Shown here one piece after another: positions 1-9,070 of a stretch of 64,000 nucleotides of DNA. A program made the position numbers and the translations under genes. The notes under the pieces are model-generated. The model did no database searches. It was not told the DNA's origin and saw nothing but the letters and a program-made list of their open reading frames with translations. The stretch covers positions 704,001-768,000 of the forward strand of contig CP000071.1 in assembly GCA_000002445.1 (NCBI GenBank). Direction: 5' to 3'. Source of the DNA: Trypanosoma brucei. Its lineage: Eukaryota. Position 1 is the first letter of the stretch. Each line of letters starts with the position of its first letter.

Positions 1-488
1 GAATTTGAAGACCATTTGGTATGACTCGTGTGACGCTGACTGAAAAAGAGGAAGAGTTAATTGTTACGCCGAGATGGACAACGCCTGCCTTCCGCTGACA
101 AGTTTCTCCATTTGTCTTCCTTCATGTCAATGCTGTTGATTGTGACGGATTCATTTGTCACGAGGTTTGATTTTCGCTTTTGTCCTAATGTGTTTGATGT
201 GAACCCCACTGGGTGTGCGTGAGCGGAGCGAATAAAATGAAAGAAATTATGTGAATGGCCTAGGCGCCATGCCCCAATGCTCGCACCTTTCTCTTTGTTT
301 TTGTATTTATTCCGAAATGCCAATAATATAATATCTGCTACTTTCACCTTGAACTTTATATAACATTATCCATCATGTTAACGAATGGAAATGATGCATG
401 AATATATACATTAAGTGAACATATTTGTCTAGCCTCTGGACAGTCCCATAGTGAAACGCATACGGAACCGCCAAAGGGGGGTTGGGAA

Positions 489-1568
489 ATGGAGGCGGGC
501 ACATCCCCAATTCGGGCAGGAAGCAGCGACGGCGGTGGTTCGGTAAGAGGTGATATCTTTAGACGTCACAGTGTGAACAGCGGTGAAAACAACATGAATG
601 ACAACAAGGACAACGACTCCAACACTGAGTGGTCGGAGCAGTTTCGATTAATAGCCAGGCGCATGAGCCGCGCGCTGCTACGAAACCCACATCCAGACGT
701 GCAAACTGATAAACGTGTCATGTACGGGGTGTTGTATGAGTTGTTCGAGCAGTGGTCGGAGCGGCAACAGCGCGCCCATTCCGTCAGTTTAACCGTAGAG
801 CAGGTGGGAAGTATACTTCGGTATGGGGAGCAGACGTTGCGCCAGGCTTCGCTTACAGCGCCAGCACTTAATAAAGCACAGGTGGTGGTAGATCTCATCG
901 CCGCATCTCCACTGATCACTATTGGGGCACTCACACAAGAGCTACGTGGCCTTCAACCACCTGTCGTGCTGACGCCAATGGCGGAGGTGTTGGAACTTGC
1001 CCGTTTGCTTGACGTTTCACAAGGAGTCCGCACGCCCGTTGGAGCGGTTAATCTTGTGCATTTCATCGCCCTGAGTTCGACGCTCTGCCCGGCGCCCGAT
1101 ATGGGAGCCCTGCTGTTGCTGGTCGCATCAAACGTTAAGCGCTGCCATCTTTTGTGCGCAGCCATTTACTACGAGTGGGCGATGATTGATGCGCAAAACC
1201 GCGAGGGACTGCTTCTTCTCTCGAGAGAGTTGGAAGAGAAACACCAACAGATGTGTGAGGGGTTCACGGTTGACATTTTAACGCCCCTACTTACTGGGTC
1301 GTTTGAACCATTTGGTGCCCGCCCAACCGACCCTGTTGCCGTTGACTATTTGGGAATGGGGAGTCTTCCGTGCACCGGTACCGCTGAGGAGCAGCAAAGG
1401 TGTCACCAACTAGCACCCCCCAGTGGGAATGAACTTGAGCCCACGTGTGAGGATAGCGACACTGGTGGCCACGGGGAGGGGGACTGTGAATCTTCTGTGG
1501 AGGATGAATACGACAGTGACTGTAGAGATACCGTGGACACGGAGTTCTGGCTTAGGTTGAGCAGCTAA
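489..1568 (+). CDS. hypothetical protein, 359 aa, with an acidic Cys/Asp/Glu-rich C-terminal tail
   Basis: ATG-initiated uninterrupted ORF on the same strand as all recognisable genes. No motif I can name. The C-terminus 'CEDSDTGGHGEGDCESSVEDEYDSDCRD' is strongly acidic. Confidence 0.45.
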   Translation: MEAGTSPIRAGSSDGGGSVRGDIFRRHSVNSGENNMNDNKDNDSNTEWSEQFRLIARRMSRALLRNPHPDVQTDKRVMYGVLYELFEQWSERQQRAHSVSLTVEQVGSILRYGEQTLRQASLTAPALNKAQVVVDLIAASPLITIGALTQELRGLQPPVVLTPMAEVLELARLLDVSQGVRTPVGAVNLVHFIALSSTLCPAPDMGALLLLVASNVKRCHLLCAAIYYEWAMIDAQNREGLLLLSRELEEKHQQMCEGFTVDILTPLLTGSFEPFGARPTDPVAVDYLGMGSLPCTGTAEEQQRCHQLAPPSGNELEPTCEDSDTGGHGEGDCESSVEDEYDSDCRDTVDTEFWLRLSS

Positions 1569-1927
1569 AACGAAGGCTACAAATCGAGTAGGTTCCATAG
1601 AAGGAACAAGGGGAGAGATTTACGACCACACATTTGGTTCATTTACTCATTATTGATGGGGGAGGGGGATTCCTGGAGAGGCGGTAAGAGTTCTTTCAGC
1701 GAGCCCCATCCTATCATTCCTTGATTAGAGGCCAAGTGCGGGTGTGGATGGAGCCCTTTGTTGGTGTTTCTGTATAATTTGATCCTTGCTTCCTTCCTCT
1801 TACTTAGTTGGAACATAATCATCTGTCAACTTAAACGGTGTACCACCGTTATGAAAATGGACCTCTTAACTACTTCTCTTGCCACCTGACGCAGTGTTGA
1901 GGCTCTCAGGTGCTTGTGCCCAGGACA

Positions 1928-2488
1928 ATGACTGACCCCTTCTATAGGTTACGGCGGCGCTGCCTCTTCCTGTTCGACCGTGGTGCGATTGGGGAAGCAC
2001 TTTCGAAGCCCGACATGCTTAAACGCGTCGACGCCATCCTGCAGCAAGCAAGGCAGTCAAATGGGGTGGAAACTGAATCCACATCCACTGCGGCATGTGG
2101 AGCGGTCGGAACTTTCGATGAGTTATGCGTGTGCATTAGCAGGTGGCAGCGGAGACGACAATTCGCCGATTGGGAAGAGTGCTTGGAGTGGCTGCTGTTT
2201 CTACAAGAAAGGGTGCAGACCCCTGAAGCAGAACGCGACGCCTACAGATGGGCGTTACGTGAAATGATAACACTTTTCTCGGAAGAAGAACGTGAGTACA
2301 AGGACGCACTGTCTGAAGAAGGGGTTAAGTACTGGAGGAAGACAATTATATCGATGCAACCTTACTTTCACTTTACAAACAGCGCACAGGCCATGGACGT
2401 GGAAGGACGTGAAGGCCACCATCAAGTAAGCTGGAGCATTGGTGGGGAGCTTTCACCGTTGGTACGGCAAGTTTTTTTGCCCTTCTAA
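1928..2488 (+). CDS. hypothetical protein, about 186 aa
   Basis: The ORF-track start at 1910 is GTG; the first in-frame ATG is at 1928. No recognisable domain; same-strand context only. Confidence 0.35.
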   Translation: MTDPFYRLRRRCLFLFDRGAIGEALSKPDMLKRVDAILQQARQSNGVETESTSTAACGAVGTFDELCVCISRWQRRRQFADWEECLEWLLFLQERVQTPEAERDAYRWALREMITLFSEEEREYKDALSEEGVKYWRKTIISMQPYFHFTNSAQAMDVEGREGHHQVSWSIGGELSPLVRQVFLPF

Positions 2489-2860
2489 AAAGTAATCGAG
2501 TCGGAGCCCGGACGTGTTAGGGTCGCAACAAAACCCGTAATGATTCTGAAGCCCCTGTGCCTTTGAGTTCGCTTTGGCTATTTCGCTTTCACTCCTTCCC
2601 CAGCTGGCAGTGATATATGTTCCCCCACCACCATATCTGTCGTCATGTCTGCACGCTGTCTGTCCTATTACCCCTGTTTAACCTCCGCCTGTTTGACAGA
2701 CTCTTCTTTAATGATGTTCCAGTATCGCCAATTATAATAGCAACAATAATATGCCTTTCCTCTTCGTTTCCCTTCTATATACAAGGATGCACGGAAAAGT
2801 AGTCACGGAAAGAATCGCAGTGTGTCGCGAGTCCTCATACCGCCTTTGCCAGGGGAAATA

Positions 2861-5800
2861 ATGGATGAAGTTGGTGCTCTGACCGTCCAAGATGTTTTAA
2901 CGGTGTGGCTTTGCGACCTTCCGCTTAAGACGACCCTAAAGGATGCACTATCAGGAGTGACACAACTTACAGGTGAAGAGAATATTAACCAGATACTGAG
3001 GTTCCACCCGCCGCATGCCAGTGCGCTGACGCAGTCTGGGGAGTGCAAAGGAATGCTTTCGCTGGTCGGTGAAAAAATCATTAAGGCGGTTGCCTCACAA
3101 TATGCATTACTAAGCTTCCCAGTAGGGGACACCTACAAACTAACCAACGCCACGCGCGTCCTTATATCCAACGAAACCTTCGGAACTGTACTGAAGCAAT
3201 ACACTGGCCCAACTTTCGGTGAGCGTGAAATGTTCACGCGCTTCCTTGCACTTTCCTTGTATGGACACGGGGTGCGGGTTGCCTGCATGTTGCTTCTGCC
3301 GGTGTTCAGGGCGACTCTGCTTGCTAACCAATACGCCATCGATCTACCTGCTGTATTAAACTCCCTCGTACCATGCGCATCTTTTTCTCGTCGGAACCTC
3401 GGGGAAAAGCTTGAGATGCTGCGGGGAGAGCTTGAGAAACGGGGTGTAGTTGTTAAGAGAGTCGTGGAGTCGGGCCCTTGTGGATGGGGTGGGTGTGAAC
3501 GATACACCGTGGAGGTGTTGTATGGCGGGGAGCTGTCGCGGTGCGAGAAGGGAAAGGTGCTGAGTGAGTTTTATCATATTGTCATGGAGGAAGCGAAGAA
3601 AACTATAGCTAACACAGAGGTCAAAAAGCCAAGGACCGTAACTTTCGAACCTGAGCACCTCAAGATGTGGATGCATAATTTGCGTTTCCTGCTGCGCCTC
3701 AGTGACAGGTACAGAGATGAGTTTGACGACAACACGCTTCAGTCGATAAAGCAAAGCGCCGGTTGGATACCGATCAGCGAAGTTCAACAGCTGCTTGAAG
3801 CCCAAGTAACCAGGTCAAACAGGCAGCAGCCACCTGGGCGCGATTGGATATGTGAGCTTGTGAAAAGGCACGATCTCCTGGGGCGATTCCAGGTAGGAAC
3901 CTGTGACGTAGAGGGAAGTGAGTTCGAGGGGCTACAGTGCGCGCGTGCTCTTTACGGTCACGAGGGGCGCAATCTGCTGATGAAGAGTGTATTTGACTCG
4001 TTCAGCACCATCCGTGATCCTGGTGGTCGACCCTCCACTGGATGGATGCGCATTGATGGAAAAAGGATGAAGTTGGTGAGCAAAGACAAAGGTTATTCGC
4101 TACATGACAGCATACCGCATGTCACTATCCATTCGACCGAAAGCCTTCACGCTTTTCAGTGGTATCGCCTAAAAAAACCGTTAGAGGAACAGTATGACGA
4201 AATATTGTCGTCGCGGAAGCCGCTGTACTTTGCGGAGTTTCGTCTTCACGATGCCTTAAATGACGATAGGATGCTAGTGAGGGAATTAAAGGGCATTGGC
4301 GCTGTTCCGCCACAATGGGTCGTTTTTACAGAGCATAATAGAGATGATGACCACCAGAGGAGCACTTTGGTTATTCCGGAAAATTACTTCACTGGAAAGG
4401 TAGCGGTGTTGTGTACGAATGCCGAGGATGTAGCGACCGAAGGCATGATTGACACAAAGGATCGACAGACCCCTGAAGATGAGGAACTTCTAATCGTCTA
4501 CAAAACCTGGCTACTGTCAGCAGATACACAAAACTCCGGTGACAGCAAAGATGGTGAGGAGAACCTGTCTCCACGCCACAGGCTGCCCGCCCACCATACC
4601 TCAACCGGTGCTACTAGCAGTGATGACAAAGGGACGACTTCGGTTGGAGCACACGATTGTGTGGTGATGGACCAGGCAGAGCAGCCCAGCGTACCGACTG
4701 CAGACTATATGGAGATGCTTCTGGATGAGGAGAAGAGAAAGATAGAGCTTTTCGAAAATACAAACACGTACGCCACTTTCGTAGCCTTTCCCAAGTACAA
4801 TCTTCATGGTGCTCAGATCCAAAACCGCTCCAAGGGCATTGCAGCATTTAAGACATGGATACAGGAACGGGGGTTGAAGTACTCTCGTTGGCGTACCGGA
4901 GAGAATGACCAGGAGGAAACATATGAGGTGCGCAAACCGCGCAACTGGAGTGCTGAGTTCGTGGAGTGTATAGCAGGAGAGCTGGGACTTACTCACATGC
5001 CTGACAAAACACTTCTCAAGTGGGCAACTACACGGGAGTGTGAGGATAAGGAACAGAACTATGAAATATTGGAATTTATCGGCGATGCCATAATGGATTT
5101 TATAGTGGTATCAGACAGCTTTCTTCTGGGGGAGCCCTGGCACAAGGATGTTAATACCAAACTGTGCTGCAACGAAGTACTAGCCACACTCATTCCACCC
5201 GGACTAAGCGAGGAACTCTCGAGAGTTTATGACGAGGTTCATTACAAGGTTAAAGCAGACATGGTAGAGAGCATTCTGGGAGCAGTGTATCAAAGCGGGA
5301 TGGGGCTTGATGAAGTGCGGAAGCAGCTACGAAGGTTTTTCAGGTGGATCCCCGATATTATCATGGATGTTAAGAACTTGTGTAACTCCACTGTCGAGGC
5401 ACTTCGTGCCGCCGAGAGAGTGTGCCCGTACCTTCATCCGAATGAAGAAGCACTTGACCAGTTATTCAAGTATGATTGTGAATCACTCATTGACGAGGAA
5501 TTCTTTAGTATGTTTGGATGTGTGGATCGCAAACGTTTTGATGCTCGGGGGGCGAGCCACTACGCATTGACACCATTTCACCGGATCCAAGACAAAATGT
5601 TCGCAACACACTTCACCACAGGTTCGTGCTACTCGTACCGTTATGTTCCCTCTATTGATACTCCATCCATATTCAACAGAATTCTTTCCGCATTTTCAGC
5701 TGGATCTATTGCTTTTGTAAATGAACTTGTTACCGAGGATACGCATGTAACAATCGATTTCGATGGTGCCAGTGTCCACGCACACGGTGCTCTGCGCCTC

Positions 5801-7807
5801 ATTTGGAGTTGGTTTATTGGCAAATTCCCCTCAAAATCGTCTATGTTTCTTCTAGACTGCTCAGGAATGTCAGTGGTCACAAACAGGTTAAAGTATTCGT
5901 ACCACATCCACTTTCCACAAGCGGTGACAACTCTAAGCAAATCGAAGTCCTTGGTGGAAGAGCTCCAGTCTTATGTCGTTAAATGCGTGGGTGCGGGCAG
6001 TTTGTTGGGTGACATTGTCGGGTTCCATTGGAAGGAAGGTGAGGGTAACCAAGAAAGGGAAGCGGCCGTAGCGGGACGCGTGATATTGTGCACCAAATTA
6101 TTGCATCAAAGGCTACGCGAAGCCGGGGGGAGAGTTGATGCGAAGTTCTCCGCGTACATGGATTTACAGAGCATCCTTGCACTTGGGCGGACGTGTCGTG
6201 AGATACGTCATGCAACACTCAGCTACCTGTGCGAGAAATTGCATCCAAAGGAACCTTGGGGTTTTGTTGTGATGGGTTGGTCGCGGCATCCCGTCGGCCA
6301 GACCAGCGAACGAGAGCCCCAGTTTGTGCTTGTGCGGACGCTATGGGCCTCTCAACAAGAGAAAGACTACATTGGTACGTTGATTCTTTTTCCCACGGAA
6401 AGTTTGAGTGACACAACCGATGAAACGAGCTCTGTCTGGAAGGCAGTTGTGCGGAAAGTGAAGGAAAAGGAGTGTAAGCCAAAGGAGTTCTTCCTTGAAG
6501 TCGTCAAGTCGAGTCGGGAACAGTGCATTTTCTCTTCGGCTTATTGGGAGCGAGTTATTGATAGCAGTCTACATAGCAGCAGGAAGTTGAGAATGTACTT
6601 GAATGACAAGTTCGATGTGAAGTATGGCCAGGAGTTCCGACCACTTTTTCTCGAAAGACTGGTCAACTCCAGTCAAGAAGTGAGGACAGTGACACCCAAG
6701 GAGAGCAACGTGTCTCGCTTTGTCAGGAGCCAGGAAATGAAGGCTTCAGCAAAAGACAACGGTGAGGAAGAGTACCCGGTTGAGGTTGCACATGGGTCAA
6801 CGCTCCGCCTTGTTTCCCTCCGATGCCCAGGGTACCGCGATGTGTATGGTAAGCTTTGGAACGCGTGGTCAGTAGGAAACAACAGCGACGATACATTTGT
6901 CAGCATCGAGCTCGGCACTCCGGTGGACGACTTGCTACCAGTTTTCGGCGCTGAATATAAAGAGGACGAAATCCTTTCAACGGAATGGACCCGTTTCGTG
7001 GAAGGCGCTTTTGGGCTGCAGCCGAGTGTAGAAACTCTGGGTGGTGGCAGCAGCGAACAGAAAACAGCTGCTTTGCAGCCTGCATACTGGATTTACGACC
7101 CTAAGTTAGGTCAGGCCAACTTTTGCATCGCTGGTGAAGTCGCCTTCTTCATCAGGCCATGTACGTGTCTGTTGGAGGGTCTAACGACACAGGGAGGAAT
7201 GAAACAAATGGTACAATACATTGTACCGACAGTTAAGTTAGAAGACTTGCCGACAAGGGAGTGGATGCGGTCGTATCCTTCAAATTGTTTTCCGCTCTTC
7301 CTAGCACCACGAAAAGGAAGTTGCTTCCAGCCCGCAGGTGAACCACATCCGGTGGTGGCATCTAACGACGGTCAGACAATTACGGTTCAAGCCCCGGTCA
7401 CAGCGGCTGCTGTTACACGTGTCCGTTCTAAGGTCATTGAAGTAACACTCAACAGCAGCACCCAAAGGCCCGTGGACTTTGAACAACTCTACAAGGCGAT
7501 GGATGATGTGTTCAGTGGGTCGTATGGCCCATCCCTTTTTGTCACGTCTGATATGGCGATTTTTTCGGTTTTACTAGACCGCTTCCCATGTGTTGTGACT
7601 CCTGATTATTTCAAGTCTTCAGTGTCGGAGGACTATACAATCCATAACGGCCGCACCTTTCACTACATCTTTATTATGGACAATGCGTGCGACCACTACC
7701 AACACACAAAGGTTTCCACAGGCCTGCTGGAACTGCTAGACAAGGAAGTCGGTATGATATTAGTGACGAGTGCAACTATACAAAAATTTTTTCGCACAAA
7801 CCGCTGA
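2861..7807 (+). CDS. DCL1: Dicer-like RNase III domain protein (DCL1-like), 1648 aa from the first ATG
   Basis: Canonical RNase III signature 'NYEILEFIGDAIMDFIV', then about 70 aa later 'KADMVESILGAVYQSGMG', so the E/D and D-x-x-E catalytic positions are present. The ORF track starts at GTG 2822; the first ATG at 2861 gives 1648 aa, the length I recall for T. brucei DCL1. A protein this large with an RNase III domain in trypanosomes is expected to be the cytoplasmic Dicer. Confidence 0.7.
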   Translation: MDEVGALTVQDVLTVWLCDLPLKTTLKDALSGVTQLTGEENINQILRFHPPHASALTQSGECKGMLSLVGEKIIKAVASQYALLSFPVGDTYKLTNATRVLISNETFGTVLKQYTGPTFGEREMFTRFLALSLYGHGVRVACMLLLPVFRATLLANQYAIDLPAVLNSLVPCASFSRRNLGEKLEMLRGELEKRGVVVKRVVESGPCGWGGCERYTVEVLYGGELSRCEKGKVLSEFYHIVMEEAKKTIANTEVKKPRTVTFEPEHLKMWMHNLRFLLRLSDRYRDEFDDNTLQSIKQSAGWIPISEVQQLLEAQVTRSNRQQPPGRDWICELVKRHDLLGRFQVGTCDVEGSEFEGLQCARALYGHEGRNLLMKSVFDSFSTIRDPGGRPSTGWMRIDGKRMKLVSKDKGYSLHDSIPHVTIHSTESLHAFQWYRLKKPLEEQYDEILSSRKPLYFAEFRLHDALNDDRMLVRELKGIGAVPPQWVVFTEHNRDDDHQRSTLVIPENYFTGKVAVLCTNAEDVATEGMIDTKDRQTPEDEELLIVYKTWLLSADTQNSGDSKDGEENLSPRHRLPAHHTSTGATSSDDKGTTSVGAHDCVVMDQAEQPSVPTADYMEMLLDEEKRKIELFENTNTYATFVAFPKYNLHGAQIQNRSKGIAAFKTWIQERGLKYSRWRTGENDQEETYEVRKPRNWSAEFVECIAGELGLTHMPDKTLLKWATTRECEDKEQNYEILEFIGDAIMDFIVVSDSFLLGEPWHKDVNTKLCCNEVLATLIPPGLSEELSRVYDEVHYKVKADMVESILGAVYQSGMGLDEVRKQLRRFFRWIPDIIMDVKNLCNSTVEALRAAERVCPYLHPNEEALDQLFKYDCESLIDEEFFSMFGCVDRKRFDARGASHYALTPFHRIQDKMFATHFTTGSCYSYRYVPSIDTPSIFNRILSAFSAGSIAFVNELVTEDTHVTIDFDGASVHAHGALRLIWSWFIGKFPSKSSMFLLDCSGMSVVTNRLKYSYHIHFPQAVTTLSKSKSLVEELQSYVVKCVGAGSLLGDIVGFHWKEGEGNQEREAAVAGRVILCTKLLHQRLREAGGRVDAKFSAYMDLQSILALGRTCREIRHATLSYLCEKLHPKEPWGFVVMGWSRHPVGQTSEREPQFVLVRTLWASQQEKDYIGTLILFPTESLSDTTDETSSVWKAVVRKVKEKECKPKEFFLEVVKSSREQCIFSSAYWERVIDSSLHSSRKLRMYLNDKFDVKYGQEFRPLFLERLVNSSQEVRTVTPKESNVSRFVRSQEMKASAKDNGEEEYPVEVAHGSTLRLVSLRCPGYRDVYGKLWNAWSVGNNSDDTFVSIELGTPVDDLLPVFGAEYKEDEILSTEWTRFVEGAFGLQPSVETLGGGSSEQKTAALQPAYWIYDPKLGQANFCIAGEVAFFIRPCTCLLEGLTTQGGMKQMVQYIVPTVKLEDLPTREWMRSYPSNCFPLFLAPRKGSCFQPAGEPHPVVASNDGQTITVQAPVTAAAVTRVRSKVIEVTLNSSTQRPVDFEQLYKAMDDVFSGSYGPSLFVTSDMAIFSVLLDRFPCVVTPDYFKSSVSEDYTIHNGRTFHYIFIMDNACDHYQHTKVSTGLLELLDKEVGMILVTSATIQKFFRTNR

Positions 7808-8520
7808 TGGGACTTAGTGCCGTAAACCAAAACTGGGGGTTTGGGTTCCCTTCTCGTCTGCTAAAGAAAATGGGAAAAAACACTGAATTTTGTATAGGAG
7901 AGAGGGAAAGAGGGGGAGCATCCTTTACCTGCAGCCGGTCTCTGGTTAAGGGGTGTATGAACTACGAAAAAAGGGAGTAAATGACACCCGGTGGTCAAAC
8001 TGCTGAGGTGTGGTTTGGTGTGCTTCTCGGCAACCGAATCCGCGAGGTTTTGAGTGGGTGTGAAGAATTTACTCCTCGGCAAGTTGTAGCCGGTAAGCTC
8101 AACAGACCGCAGTTTGAGCAGCCTGGTAGTACATAAATTGACAGCGAACGTTAACCACATGCCTATTTTTTTTTTAGCGGTCGTGAGGATCGTAGGGATG
8201 ACTCCACTTCTTTTCACATTGTTGCAATTAAAATGTTCGGCGTTGTCGAGGAGAAATCGATGTGACACATGCTTCTCGTCGGTCCGTGTGAAGAGAGTGC
8301 AGTTTGCACAACCATAGGTGGGGTGGGTGGCGCATCTGCCCTCTGGAAACAGTTTTGACGCCTCCCGCTCCCTTTGTTTTACCACATCCTCACCGTTAAT
8401 ACTTTTCTTGGTTTCAAACATCTCTGGGTAGTAGGGGGTGGAATGATCATTGTTTTAGCGCTCATCCTAAGTTTTGAAGAATGAATGTTGAAAGGACACT
8501 AATACCATGGGCAAAGGGAA

Positions 8521-8590
8521 ACTGACCTCTTTTTTGTCGTTTTTTTTTTTTTTCGCTCCCTCTCGACCTTCCCCAATCGTGACCCCGGTC
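8521..8590 (+). promoter_or_regulatory. polypyrimidine tract, candidate trans-splice acceptor signal upstream of the ABC transporter gene
   Basis: Pyrimidine run 'ttttttgtcgttttttttttttttcgctccctctcgaccttcccc...' lying between the end of the DCL1 CDS and the next CDS. Kinetoplastid SL trans-splicing uses polyY tracts like this. Confidence 0.4.
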
Positions 8591-9070
8591 TCACCTCACT
8601 TGAAACGATCATATGGGCTGTTTTTTCCAAGAAGCAACGGATGCCGGTAACGGCCTGCAGCCATCTTTACACCGCCGGGGGTGGAGGGTGACTTGCATTG
8701 CAGAACGAAGAGAGCAGTTACGGATGGGCGTGATGTTTGTCAGTTGTCCTTTCTCCTTAACTCTTCGGGGAGTTTACATTTCTTCGGGCAGCGGCAATAT
8801 TGTGTTCACCACTGTGTGTGCACCGGAGCCAGTAAGTAACAACTTTGGGATGGATCATTGTTTCCCATCATTCAAACCGTATAGGTAACCTGTCGCGCAT
8901 AAGATGCCTTTTCTTTTTTTCGCTTCGTTGTGGTTCTCTTCTCTTTATGATCATTATTTCAATCCAACTCTTTTGTATTCATCTTTCGTGATAGCCCTTA
9001 TTGTTGCCCTTGTCACAAGGTGTATACATTTTTTTAAAGAAAATATTTTTGTTCAATTAGCAGCCAGGAT

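Noticed and set aside
7861-8421. 186-aa minus-strand ORF in the DCL1-ABC spacer
   Set aside because: It is on the opposite strand within a same-direction polycistron, with no homology I recognise. Trypanosome 3'UTRs are long enough to explain an ORF-free interpretation, so I treat it as a chance ORF.
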